A stretch of DNA of 64,000 nucleotides from the human T2T-CHM13v2.0 reference genome, Homo sapiens: assembly GCF_009914755.1 (NCBI RefSeq), contig NC_060925.1; one strand, given 5' to 3'. Position numbers and translations under genes: made by a program. The notes under the pieces are model-generated. The model searched no databases and was not told where the DNA came from. It saw only the letters and a list, made by a program, of their open reading frames with translations. The stretch's first letter is position 1, and each line of letters begins with the position of its first letter. Shown piece by piece: positions 41,366 to 57,876 of this stretch.

Positions 41366-41452
41366 CAGCATGGTGCATTGTCCAGGTACCTGTTCCGATG
41401 CTGCTACTGCTGTTTCTGGTGTCTTGACAAATACCTGCTCCATCTCAACCAG
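41366..41452 (+). CDS. SLC44A3: SLC44A3 coding exon (probably exon 12), 87 nt, symmetric phase 0
   Basis: gatccag|CAGCAT ... AACCAG|gtacgt; QHGALSRYLFRCCYCCFWCLDKYLLHLNQ, the conserved CTL Cys cluster. Confidence 0.97.
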
Positions 41453-41518
41453 GTACGTCTCTACCTCTTGCCTCAGGAACACACAGAAGGGTCCAAAGGT
41501 GGGCTTCATCTCTTAGGT

Positions 41519-41858
41519 CAAGGTTTGGCAAATTCTTCTCTAAGGGTCTAAATTGTGTAAACATTTTAGGCTTTCAGACCAGTCTCTCTGTCACAACCAC
41601 TCAATTCTGCCATCATGGCAGGAAAGCAGCCATAGGTAAAATGTCAATGGGATGGATGTGGCTATGTTCTAATAAACCTTAACTTATCAACACTGAAATT
41701 TGAATTTCATATGATTTTTACATGTCAAGAAATTTTCTTTTTTTGATTTTGATTTTTTCTCAACCATTGTAAAATTGTAAAAATTGTTCTTAGCTCCTGC
41801 CAGAGAAAAGTGGGCGGTGTGATGGAGCTAGCTCCTGGGCTGTAGTTTGCATACCCTA
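41519..41858 (+). mobile_element. MER58B (hAT-Charlie)
   Basis: caaggtttggcaaa...caaccactcaattctgcc...cactgaaatttgaatttcatat...gggctgtagtttgcataccct; starts 67 nt after the exon 41366-41452 donor. Confidence 0.85.
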
Positions 41859-44234
41859 CCCTAGAACCATAGGCCTTTAAAGCCATGCTTCAAATTCTAA
41901 AAGAAAGTTTTTCTCTTTTCAGAAATAAAGAGGGAAGGGAGTATTTAGAAACCCTAAGCATAATGAATATATATCAACTAAGAGCTAATTTTCAGTGTCT
42001 TCTCTAAGAACTATAATTTTCCTGAACTAGGAAAAGAATTGCCTCCCTAATTTTCATAGATTTCACCAGTCTTTCCTTTTCAAGCTGTAAATATGCCTTT
42101 AAAATTATAAAAATTATATCTTGCAATTGTTTGGATTTCAGATTTTTTTCCTTTCCTGAATTTTTCAAATTGATGGAAATTTAAATATGTTGTATTTCTC
42201 TATAGAGCATTTAGGAGATTTTAATAGTCCTTAGTCAAATTTACACAAAGCAGTATTTTTGTAAGTTAGCAAACTGTTTTATAATTTAAATGTTCACAGA
42301 AATCTCGCTTAGAAAAGTATTTCTTATAATTGCCCCCTCCCAAAGAAATGTACCTTTAGAAGTAAAGGGACTAATTAGACCACCTATGTTTAATGTCTTT
42401 TAAGGGGTATTTAGAATACTTTTCATTATTCAGGGAAAAATGTAGCCTTCTTATAGTAAGGTCTATTTTTAGGCTCTTAAACTTGGAGAACATTTTAGAG
42501 TATATTTAGTTTTCATTTGGATTGCTATAAGCCAGCATGTATAAAACACAATCAAATACCATAGGACCTTTCAGAATGGGGGGGGACATATAACAAGTCA
42601 GTCCAAACCGTTTGAATACATTTGTCGTGGTGTAAGATGTTATAGCTATTGTGTATATATCCAGACGGCAACTTCATAAATATTTTGAGATGCATTGCAA
42701 AAATGTATTAACTATGATAAAATATATATGCATGAAAAATAAAGTCTAAGAAACATATAGATAGACTAGAAAGACAAAAGCAATGAATGGGACCATTGAT
42801 ATACAAATATGTTGGCCATATGGCCCTACAAGGCCCGAGGGTTGACCTGTTATCCCCTCTCACTGTACTACGGGAATTCAGGTACTTTCCGCATCCCTCT
42901 TTCACTCATGGTTTTCATACTGGCCCCTGGAAGCCTAGAGGCTCCTGTGGACACTGTGGGGACCACCACATTAGGAGGGCAGAGAAATGGCTGAGGTGGA
43001 GGAAGGGTGGGCCCTGGCCCCATATACCATGCCTATACTGCCTGGCCTTGCGGCCTGAGCAGCTCCACTTTATGTGGTTTAGGGGTGGGAGTGTGGGAGT
43101 GTACTGAAGGTTTCATTTGAGGACAGGTCTCTGCTGCTGAAACACATTTGAAAACCTCTGGTCCCATTTTCACATTTGTTTCCTCTGCCCTGTTATCCTG
43201 AGATACGTATTTTCCTGCCTTCTGAACTTTCACCACCTTAATTAATCCAGGACCATTTCCCTTGGTAATTCAAAATGTTTCCAAACTCATAAGTGACATT
43301 AATGTTAACCACACCTTAATGACCATTGTGAAGGTGACGACTCCTTTTAAAAGCTGTGTCAATGGAAGTAATGATCCCTGATTCACAAAAAAACTAAGCC
43401 AGCCTTGATCCAGCTCCTGTAGTGAGTCAGTGGTGCAAACAGGGATAGGTCTTTCAGATTCTAATCATGGTGCCTGTGCACTAGGCTGTGGCTAAACCTG
43501 CTTTGTAGTGTCTTTTCCTTGGGGTGACTCCTGTAGAACTGGGTGTTGCCAGCTGATATGGGTGATGCTCAGAGGCCTAAGGTTCAGGAGATTGGGAAGA
43601 GGAGGAAGAATGAAAAAACAAGAATTGATGTGAATATTAATGGAGAGGGAAGGGTCACCTCTGGTCTACATTGACTACTGGAAAGCAGAGTGAAATAAAA
43701 ATGTTTAAGAATAAAGATGATTGTAAATGGTGATCAGAGCAACTGTCAGCCTCATTTGGCAGTAGACAAAGGAAAGTGAGCATAAAGTGAGAAAAGGAAT
43801 TTAGATTCACCTTTTCAGAAATTTCCTTGCATTGGAATGACTTACTAGGGGACATTGTGGCATCTCTGTCTCTGGAAATCAGATTTAAAAAGGCTGAACC
43901 CTATTTTATGTTCCTCATTTTGTGGAATAGGAGCTGGAAAATACTAAAAGAGAATGAGATCCATTTGTTACCATCAAAACTCAGATGCTCATCTTTATTT
44001 AACATCAAGGAGATGGTTGTGTTTTCCCACTGCTTCTTAAAAGCCTAATCCATCTTCACTAAATCCTAGTAGGGAGGCAGGTGGCAGTTGCTGCATTTTG
44101 TGAACACCCAGCCTAAGGCTGCACAGGCATTCACTTGCAAGGTGGGGAATGAAACTCTCAGTCTCATAATTTCTCATTTACTTTTCTCCCTACATCATAA
44201 ATACTGAGTGTGTGCATACTGAAAAAATTACATG

Positions 44235-44590
44235 TTCACCTCACACATGCGTTCATCCAGCAACCATGTGTTTATGCTGTATGCAGACTATTTCTACCTG
44301 GGCATAATAGGGACCAGGACCATGGTGATACAGAGGTGATACAGAGTCATTACTGTATAGTGCAAAAGGCAAGCCTCCAAGAAATTGACAAGCTAGTTGT
44401 TGGGAGCCAGGGGCCAGTAAGTGGTATATGCATGAGACATTTATATGACAGTACAGAAAAGTACATGTTTAAGTGTTGGGATAGGGCTGTGGAAGTTCAG
44501 AAAAGGGGAATCTTGGTCACTGGGAGAGGTCATTTGACTCTGTAATTAGGGGAAATTTCCTAGGAGAGGTGGACCTGAGTATAGAGCACC
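44235..44590 (-). mobile_element. L2 fragment
   Basis: ttcatccagcaaccatgtgtttatg...ggggaaatttcctaggagaggtggacctgag. Confidence 0.55.
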
Positions 44591-44701
44591 CACTGGAGAT
44601 CACCAGCTACTAACGACAGCAATAACAGCTGTGGGTATTGGCAATAAACTATTTTGCCAGTTGTATGCTGAGCACTTTTCCTGCATTATATCAGTTGTTA
44701 G

Positions 44702-45028
<327 letters not shown>

Positions 45029-46125
45029 TGAGATAGTGTCTCCAGTTTACAGATAGGGAGATTGAGGCTTAGAGGAGGCACATAGTGGCAGAACTAGGAT
45101 TTGAATCCAAGTCTGTTTTCCCTCCAGGACCCAAGCCCTTAACCACTGTGCATTTTTAAAATAGCCAGAGGAGGACTCATGACCACCACCTGGGGATGTG
45201 AGCAAAGCCAGAGTCCAGACAAGTAGAGCTGGCAGAGCACATCTTGTTACACAGCAGACTTTTGTGGAGGAGGACGGGAAAGGTGAAGGAGCAATGAAGA
45301 TGATGAACTCACTGTAACTGTAATCAAGCAGTTATCCATCCAGAAAAGGCTGGTCAGGGTGGCCTGGCCCCTCCTCCTTTCCTCAGGCAAGTTAGTGGTC
45401 AAAGCGTCTGGGAGTGTTGGCTGGCTATTCTCAGAGACTTTCAGGCAAAGGGACCTTACAGCCTCCCCTCTCCCTCCCAGCACTTTCCAGGGGCCTGGCT
45501 AAGAACCCCACTGTGAGACTACAGGCTAAGCACTCAGCAAGAATGGTGTACTTACTGTTTCTTACCAGGTCTGCACACAGTTCCTCATGGAAATGTCTCC
45601 CTAAGTGCACATCTCTTGTCCATTGTGGACACAGGCCTCTGTCCCAGCCATGATGTTGGCTTTAGGTCAATGTTCCTCTAAGTATGAAACCCACTGGTGA
45701 GCCCCAGGACTCTTCCTGATGGTTCCAAACTGATCTGAACATTCTAGAAAATCCTTTTTTCAATTTTTATAGGCAAATAGCAGGATTCCATAGGTTTTTC
45801 ATTTTTGCATACAACAAGGAGCTGTTTGCCAATCAATAAAGTAAAGCGTGTGTTATTAAAGCTTACTAAAATGTGTTCTTTATAAATCCAAATTGGTGTC
45901 TTAACATAGTTTCTTAAGGACTCAAACTCATTACTCTTTTCAGACATCTAACTGCCGAGGCAATGCCTGGTGACCCTGCAAAATTTATGAATGCACACAC
46001 GTAGACAGTTGGGATTTGCAAACTGGGAAAAGAACACTTTGCTACCACCAGTGTTGCCTTGAGTTGACTGTGTTGTTTGGTTGCAGTCATTCTTGTCTTG
46101 ATGTTTTACTTCTGTTGAGTATTCC

Positions 46126-46430
<305 letters not shown>

Positions 46431-48709
46431 TTTTGTTTATTCATTCTTTTTTTTTTTAAATCACTTTAAGCATTGCATTCCTCTTCAATGCTTTGTTCTT
46501 CTTCCAGCAGAAGTGGGAATGGGTATAGGCAATGAGCTGTGGGCTAGTGTCAGAAGTCTGAGAACCACCATATCTATACCAGTCTCCTGGGAGAAGCTTC
46601 CAGGTAAAAATGACTTCAGTCAGGTATAGCAGCAGTTTGCCTCTGCCTCTTCATTATTTGAGTAACTTGGGTGAGTCCCTTAAACTTGCTGAGCTTCTGC
46701 AATATGAAAGGGTTAGATTCAGTGACCCCCAAGGTTCTTATGTGGCTTTTTGACCCTTGTCATGGCATCCAGCCCAGAGCTGGGGGCATGCACAGTGCTG
46801 CCCCACAGCATCAAAGCCATGAGATGCTTTGTGTGGGAAATGGGGGGAGAGTGGAAAACAATATGAGCTGTTTGTTTTCCTGTGGTGTTCCAAAATGACA
46901 GGCTCATTTCTCTTCATGATATACCTTGTATCCATGGTGAGGACTTATCCTAGAACCACAAAAATCAGTGATGTTTCATGTTGCCTCAATTCTGAGGCAC
47001 TGGAATCTTGTAGAGTTGTCTGAGAATGTGAATGAACAAAGAGGAGCCATTTATCTGTATCTACTTACAGCGATCCTGCCAGTAGTTCTGCTATAACATA
47101 TAGTGATAAATAAAATAACTGGTGATGAGATACTGGTCAAATGCCAGGCAGCTCGGTCATTCTCAACAGTAGGAGTGTACTGTAATGTCCAATGCCTTTC
47201 ACAGCCCTTTTCTGCCTTGGGCTATCATGCAAGATAGCTGCGAGCCTGATGGATCTGTGCTGCATCCCCTTGAGGAGGGAACCAAGTGACCCCGATGCAC
47301 CTTGATGCAGTGTGTAAAGCGTGCAGCTTACTTTCCTTTGTCATCCCTCTAGATAAGATCTAGTAAGTACATGTACAGATTGTTGCCTCTTGCTATTTGA
47401 TCAGAAATGCCAGCAGCTTCCTGTCTTTCTGACTGATGAATATACTGGTCAGAAAGGTCCCAGATAATCTTGTGAAGGTCAAGGCAGAGAAAAACCTGCT
47501 GCTTCTGGGGAAATATACACCTCTCTCCCCTTCTTACCTCATAGTGCCTCTCCCCAACCTGCTCTGCCTGCCAAGACTGTTTTTAGTGAACATAATGTTG
47601 GTCTCTGTCTTCTAAGCCTTTGCGGCAGACTCAACTTTGTAGTATCTCCAAACATTCTCTTCCCCCGCCCCTTTCCTTGCAGTTAGCTCTGTTTCAATGA
47701 CTGTCTTTCTCGTAGTCCATCAATAGCTAAAGCACTCAATGACTTTTCCACATCAGGTTTGGTTGGTTCATCCCAAGCCAGTTGGCAGATCTCCAGTGAC
47801 TCCTCCTTTCTGCTCTCCCAGAGCAGCATGTGCATCTCAGAAAAAAAGTAAAAATATTGTACAGTTTATCTCACTAGATTAGGAAAATGATGTAAAGTTT
47901 CTTAAGAAGAAACAGTTCTTTCAGAAGCTGGCATTGCCATAATAGGTAGTCTCATCACGTAGCATCCAGACAGCCATTCTTTCAGTGACAGCGGTGGTTC
48001 TGAATCCTCCACCCCTGCTGACTGGTTTAGAGCTATTCTGGGCAGCCAGCTGATGTTGAGAGCTCTGGAGAGATGCCTCGTGTGTGCGTGCTTCAGAAAG
48101 AAGCTCACATGTGTGTCAATATGATAGTTTGCATTAAGGCCCATTTATAGACAATGGTAATCCCCACACCCAGCTGTTGTGTGGCAAATGCTACTACCCT
48201 GGCTTTAGATAGAAAGGAATTAAGACACCTATTTTTCAGAGGCCCCAGGCTGTCTGGGAGAAAACAAACTGAATCCTCATGTTTCCTGGTGCATGGTTCA
48301 GAAGCTGCCAGGCATATGGCTGTGGCTTAGTGTGGCTTTCCTGGGAGCAGCCTCTCTGGAGCCTAGCTCCCACCTGCTGTGGGCATGTTACAAGACTCAG
48401 GGCTCAGGAGGGTGAGGCCCAAAGCCCTCTTCTCCAAGTGGGCCTTAGTGCTCAGTCCTTTGGGGTAAGGCCCAGTGAGCAGCCGCCATGTTAAATTGGA
48501 CTCTGAAGTGCTTCCTGACATGAAATTTCAGTGCCTTCTCAGAGAGGGAAGTAATGTTTGTTGAATGAATTATTGCATGAGAAAGGGAGGGAAAGTTATA
48601 TAAGGGCACTCAGGCAGCTAGGAACTCCTGCGAGGCAATTGAGTGGTCAGTGCAAATGACTTCGACTTCCTCCTAAGTGTGCGGCTCCCGAAGACAAGAA
48701 TACCAGCCA

Positions 48710-48920
48710 CTCACTGGCACTTACTATGTACCGGGTACTGTGCTACTTTATGTGTATCAACTACCTATAGCCTCACAAAGTAGCCTGTGTAGTATTTTTT
48801 AAACAGATGATAATACTTTGGTTCAGAGAGCTTAAGTAGTAACCTGACCTAGGTTAGACAGGAGGAAAGTAGCAGAGCTGACTCTTGAAGTTTTGAAGAC
48901 CCAGTAAGTCATTTCCTCTT
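48710..48920. mobile_element. MIR
   Basis: gcacttactatgtaccgggtactgtgct...aaacagatga...ttcagagagcttaagta. Confidence 0.7.
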
Positions 48921-51181
48921 CCTTGTCCAAGTTCTGAATAATTGTGAGATGTAAGAGTCAAACAGATGAAGATTAAAAATATCACCTTGAATATGAAATC
49001 ATCTGATTGGAAAACTACCACAGGAACAGCTGTAGGCAAGTCGGCTTGTCAATGTTTTACCCCTGAATCAGAATGACCAACCCACCTTTTACCAGGCCCA
49101 GCCAACAAGGTGAACCTCTCTATGGATCTGAGAAAGGATGTTCCTGGTGACAGGTGGATCGCAAAAGAGAATGAGGAAGGGCCTGAGCCCGCCTACACTC
49201 TGCTGCTCCCTCCAAATTTGCCCAGTCCCTTAAGTTCACCTCCTTCCCTGAAACAAATGAGAGGCATTAGCCTAAAGGAAGTCCCTGACCACAGAAACCC
49301 AAAGCCAGGGAAATCAAGACTAGCGCCACAATGGGATTTAGAGCCAGGTTTTCACCAGTCCACTAGGGCACTCCTTCCACAGGGTAGGGACTCAGAAGCC
49401 CAGAACTTTAGAGATCATGAAACAGCCTCCCCTCATAATAGCGGAATCTGGGGTCCAGAGGGTTTGAATGCCTCACCCAGGTTACATGGTGGGCAGAGCT
49501 CATTCTGATTCCATTCCCTATCCTGCATCTTCTCTTCCTTGCCCCTTCTGAGCCTCGGAGGACAGACAGGTGTGTCACTTTACACAGTATGTCTACATGA
49601 GCTGCCCTGGGGTACCTTTTGGCAGAAATCTATGTAAATCTCCCCCATATCTTGGGCAATATGGAAGACAGGCCCATGCTCATGGAGGCAGAAGGGTGAG
49701 GAACATTTGCATCCTGGGAAGTTTGGGGTCTCACCTTTTATTAATGGTAGCAAGGGCAACTGGGACTGTTTCCAACAACACTAGTTGAAAAGGTCAGCTA
49801 ATCCAAGGAGTTGCCATTTGTGTAAATCTGAGCCTTCTTTCATAAGTCTGAACTCCATGTAGAACATGAAGCAAACCCTTTATGTTCTTTGTGCCTTCCT
49901 GTCATGACATGTTCTAGGTACACCGGAAATATGCTGAGGGAGACTGCCCAGGTTTTTAACTTTAAGAAATCCACCTTTGAATCAGCACATCCAGTTTCCT
50001 CATAAAGAAGGAAGCAGGTGACATGTGAAAACACTGTGTTCTGATGAGCAGTGTTCAGATGTGGGGATCTGGCAGCTGAAACTGACTCCTCCTATGCCCT
50101 CCCACCCACAGGTTATTGTGTGCAGTGGACACCACGCTGCCTGGGCTAGGCCGGGCCGGGCCGTCATCTGTGATCACAGCTAGGCAAGGGCTAGAGTGGG
50201 GAGGTGCCTCAGAGTGGAAAAGGGAACTTTCCAGTCTAAGTTGTTAACATTACTCCCAGTGCTCAAGAAATGTGAAGAAGATAGATTAGCTTCAACGTTT
50301 CCCAAATTCACTTAGTGTGGAAAATAAAATGAAACCATTAAATAGCTCCTACACCAAATGTCCTCTTCCCTTAGGATAGAGAGCAGGATTCTTTGGGGCA
50401 TTGCTCTTTGTCTGGAACAGTTGTTGTCCAAGGGGTCTGACTGCCCACCTTGAAGTCCATGCTCTTGTAAGCAAGGCAGTGACTGTAGGCACGTTCCTCG
50501 GCTGTCATTCTTATTTGTCCTACGGCATTAAGACTTGTTGAGAGAAGGAAGTGATGACTGGCCAGAGACTAGAGAATGCATTCATAAAAAGAAAAAAGCA
50601 TATGAAAGGAGATGTGAGTCACTGTGGCTGAAGGAATACATGCCACTTTGATTTAGCAGTCACTAAGTCATGTCCTGCTACAAGCAGGACTCCCATGACA
50701 CCCCAGGCCACCACCACCTGAGTCTCATCTTTGAATGACTTCTACATGCTATGAAGAGCAGCTGCAGATTCAGATGTGCAGATGATACTGTATCATGTCT
50801 CTCAACCTGATTTCTAACTTTGAGTTCTCGTGCCACTGGACGGGTGGAAAACTTAATTTGTTATTCTTGAGCTATCCCTCCTCGGAGTTATATGAGGTTT
50901 CAGGTGTCCCTAGACATTAACAGATATAGGTTGCCCTTGAGACATCATCCTCCCATCTTTATGGCCACTCAAACCCTGCTTGGGAAATAGGAATCTTTTA
51001 CCTATGGTCACCTATGGTCCTATCTGCCTTGATGTGCTAGCACTAGGTGACTACCTGTCCTGGTCACCTAGAAGCCCCATGTCTCTGGTACCCCCTCACT
51101 CCCAGGCAAACCAGGACCCTGGAAGTGGTCAGAGAAGAGCCTTGCCACTTCTCCAAGCTGTGTTTAAAAAAAAGGTCGGGG

Positions 51182-51572
<391 letters not shown>

Positions 51573-52306
51573 CTAATGTGGGGCTGGAGGAAACCTGCAC
51601 ACTCGCCTGCTGCTCCAAGGTGTTTGGTCTATATTGGGAAACCTCTTTCTTCACCTTTTCCCCTGGTAGGTAAGGGCTTAAAGAGCCTAAATTTTGGAAA
51701 ACAAAAGCCAGTGAGAATTGAAGACTGGATGTCTTCTTGCCTCCACTCCCCACCTGGCCCCCTAACCTTAACTGGGGGAATGAGCACAGAGCCCGAGTCC
51801 TGCTTGAATGGGGAATGTGGAGAGAAGAGAAAGGAGAAAATACACAAGGCGGAGAAACAGAAGCAAAGAGAGCAAAGTCAACCATCATACATGTCTTAGG
51901 GATGGCTGGACATTCCTCCTTCCATTGAGAGTCCCATCTCTACAGACATTTGAGAAACAAGTTTGTGAAAAGTAGAAGAGGAAGCGGCTAAGAGAATTTT
52001 GCTTCAAACAGCTTTCTTATCTAGGTGGGGCGAAAAAGTTCCCAAAAGTTTTGGCAAGTGGATCCAGGCTTTGACAATGTTTCAAGTGGTTTCCTCTTCT
52101 CTGTCTCCTGCCTTCTACAGAATGCCTCAGTTGGCATGGGTGGGGTAGAGAGAGCATTTGCTAGACTTGCATTCATCCCAGGAACAAGACAGCTGAGGTT
52201 GAATGACTTCATCGGGATGCACCCCAGTGTGGGTGGAGAGGGGTGCTCTGGGTGTGTTTGTCATGCCCACGTCTTGCTTCCATCAAAGCAACAACAGAGA
52301 AATTTG

Positions 52307-52621
52307 GGCTGGACGCGGTGGCTCACACCTGTAATCCCAGCACTTTGGGAGGCCAAGGCGGGTGGATCACGAGGTCAGGAGATCGAGACCATCCTGGCTA
52401 ACACGGTGAAACCCCGTCTCTACTAAAAATACAAAAAATTAGCCTGGCGAGGTGGCGGGCGCCTGTAGTCCCAGCTACTCGGGAGGCTGAGGCAGGAGAA
52501 TGGCGTGAACCCCAGGGGGCGGAGCCTGCAGTGAGCCGAGATCGCACCACTGCACTCCAACCTGGGCGACAGCGAGACTCCGTCTCACAAAAAAACCAAA
52601 ACAAACAAACAAACAAAAAAA
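52307..52621 (+). mobile_element. AluYe5-like
   Basis: ggcgAggtgg, gaaccccagggggcggagcCtgcag, gggcgacagcgagact (2-nt deletion); TSD aacagagaaa(t/c)ttg. Confidence 0.85.
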
Positions 52622-53021
52622 AACAGAGAAACTTGGTTGGGGCCCAAAGAATGCGAGGCTCCTGACCTCGCTTAGTGCCCTGTCCCCAGTCCCCAGCCTG
52701 GAGCTTGGCCAAAGCGGACCTTCCATGTGTGTCCATGGATTGAAGAATGAATATGAGGACCCGAACGCCCTCAGTATCAGCCCCGGGTTCATGCTGCCTT
52801 CACACAGCTTTTTAACATATACCAAAAGGAGCAGGGAGGCAATAAAGGAAAAATAAATACTAACTCAAAGGAGCTGCCCTTTCTTGTTGGACCTGCTGTA
52901 ACCACACTTAGAACTGACTACAAGGGAAACTACTTTCTGAGCAGAAGATCCAGTGGAGAGAGGAAGCTAAAATGGGAGGGACAGATAGTCTTTGAGGTTC
53001 AGAAAGAAAATATCTGTCACG

Positions 53022-55250
<2,229 letters not shown>

Positions 55251-55271
55251 TGACAAAAAAAAAAAAGGCAA

Positions 55272-55401
55272 AGAGCTGGTGTGGTGGCATGCACCTGTAG
55301 TCACAGCTACTCCGTGGGCCAAGGCGAGAGAATTGCTGGAGCACAGGAGTTCAAGGCCAGCCTGGGCAATGTCGTAAGACCCCGTCTCAAGAGAAAGAAA
55401 A
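55272..55401 (+). mobile_element. Alu monomer (FLAM_A/FAM-like)
   Basis: ggtgtggtggcatgcacctgtagtc...ggagttcaaggccagcctgggcaa...gaccccgtctc. Confidence 0.8.
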
Positions 55402-55773
55402 GATATGTTACTACAGTGAATGTCTCTGAAGCAAATGCCTTTAAATTATAAACGTTTTTCACTGCAAGGTGGACCAAACTATGTTACCAAACGATAGTTA
55501 TTCCCAGCAGCCAGTGACTGGATTTCTGGCCAGGCTGTCTGTCACCAGGCCTTCACCAAGCAGCCTGGCAGGGCAGCTCTGGCTTCCTCACCCCTAGGCT
55601 CACCAACAGTGTGCTTGTGGAGGCACATGCACCTGACTTGAAATTATCTCCCCAAAACATGCAACACATGAAAAACATGAATGTTCCAGTTTCTGCTCTC
55701 CACCTCTCTCCCACCATTTCCTCAGTTCTGGGCTTCAAATCAGAGAAGGTTGACATTCTCTTAAGAACCAATC

Positions 55774-56393
<620 letters not shown>

Positions 56394-56424
56394 CCAACCT
56401 TCTAAAGTCTGTAAGTCCCATAGA

Positions 56425-56600
56425 CATCCACTGAGTTGGCCCAGTATGCCAGGCACCATGGTAAACATTTGGCATACACAGTCTAAGTTTATCTTCTCTA
56501 GGACTCTGCGTATTAGGTAGGTATTATCCCCATTGTACAAATGAGGAAACTGAGCCCCAGAGGATGAAGAGCATGTCCAGGGTGACAGCACTACTATGTG
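56425..56600. mobile_element. MIR
   Basis: aggtaggtattatccccattgtacaaatgaggaaactgagccccagagg. Confidence 0.8.
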
Positions 56601-57569
56601 GTCATCCTCGTGGCTCCAAAAGCTGTGGCCCACTGGCTTTGCTGTGCTGCCTGGAGTTCCTTGCCAAGGATAAGTGTAAAGAGGAGGAAACCAGGGAGTG
56701 GCGCTCACTAATAGGGACGAGCCCATCTATGTCATCTTCCTTCTGAGGAAGCTTGAAGTCAGTAACAGCCCAGGCATTCCCCGTCCTCCGTGTTTCCCAT
56801 GTCACAGGTCCACTGTTTAATTTTGCCTTCCAGAAAGCCAGGCCTTGCTTCTGATTTGCTCCTTTCCACCACTGATTATGCACAGGTCAAATGGGATTAA
56901 AGGATGTAACAGCACTCCAACTGGGAAAGAGCTTGGGGGATGAAGGTGACACTTCGACACGGTCCTCTAACTTGGACCTGCCTCTTCGTTAGGAATCATT
57001 GTTCTGGTGGGCTTTCCCTGCTGAGTGCAGAGCTTTGCTGGCAGATCAATGAAGGATCAAGTCCAGCAAGATGCCGTTGCCTAATGTGGCCTTTTCTGAA
57101 TTTGTGGGAGGACAAGGCTTATCTAAAACAAAGAGCACTGGCTATGAGCACCTGATTCCTGTTCCATCTTTGTCGCTTCCTCTACCTGGTCACAGCCTGT
57201 CGAGATTGCCAATTCCTCATTGGTGAAATAAGAGCATTTTTCTAGGTGATATCTAGGATGCCTTTTAATCCAACCATTCTGCTGAAAGAACAAAGGGATC
57301 AATCAATTGAATTTGGGTTTCATATGAAGAAATATTATTCAGAAGACATTATTGGTTTGCCAGAGGATCTTTCTTTATCTGTTCAACAAATATTAGCCCC
57401 ACAGAGAGGCCAGGGGTCAGAAGGCATTTCAGCAGAGAGAACCGCATCTGTGAGTGGAGGAACCACAAGGGCCTTCCAGGATGGTGTGAATGCAGTGGCC
57501 CACAGCAGGTGTGTGAAGGGGCAGGCATGGTGGCAGTGCTGGATACACCTCATTAAGAAACAAAGACTA

Positions 57570-57876
57570 GGCCGGGTGCGGTGACTTATACCTATAATGC
57601 CAGCACTTTGGGAGGTCAAGTTAGGCAGACAGCTTGAGCTCAGGAATTCGAGACCAGCCTGGGCAATATGGCATGAACCCATCTGTACAAAAAACTACAC
57701 AAAATTTGCCAGGTGTGGTGGCGCATGCCTGTATTTCCAGCTACTCGGGAGGCTGAAGTGGGAGAATCACCTGAGCCTGGGAGGAGGTTGAGGCTGTAGT
57801 GAGCCATGATTGAGCCACTATACTCCAGCCTGGGTGTCAGAGTGAGACCCTGTTTCAAACAAAGCAAACAAACAAA
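57570..57876 (+). mobile_element. AluJb-like
   Basis: J diagnostics; TSD aaacaaagac. Confidence 0.9.

Noticed and set aside
47240-47320. CTGCATC...GATGCAG inverted repeat considered as a snoRNA or miRNA
   Set aside because: Stem of only ~7 bp with no properly placed C/D or H/ACA boxes
52121-52140. Possible true next SLC44A3 exon (starts AAT GC)
   Set aside because: Translates NASVGMGG, not the conserved CTL NAY...AI.G..FC motif. I did not find that exon in the window, so it probably lies beyond 64000
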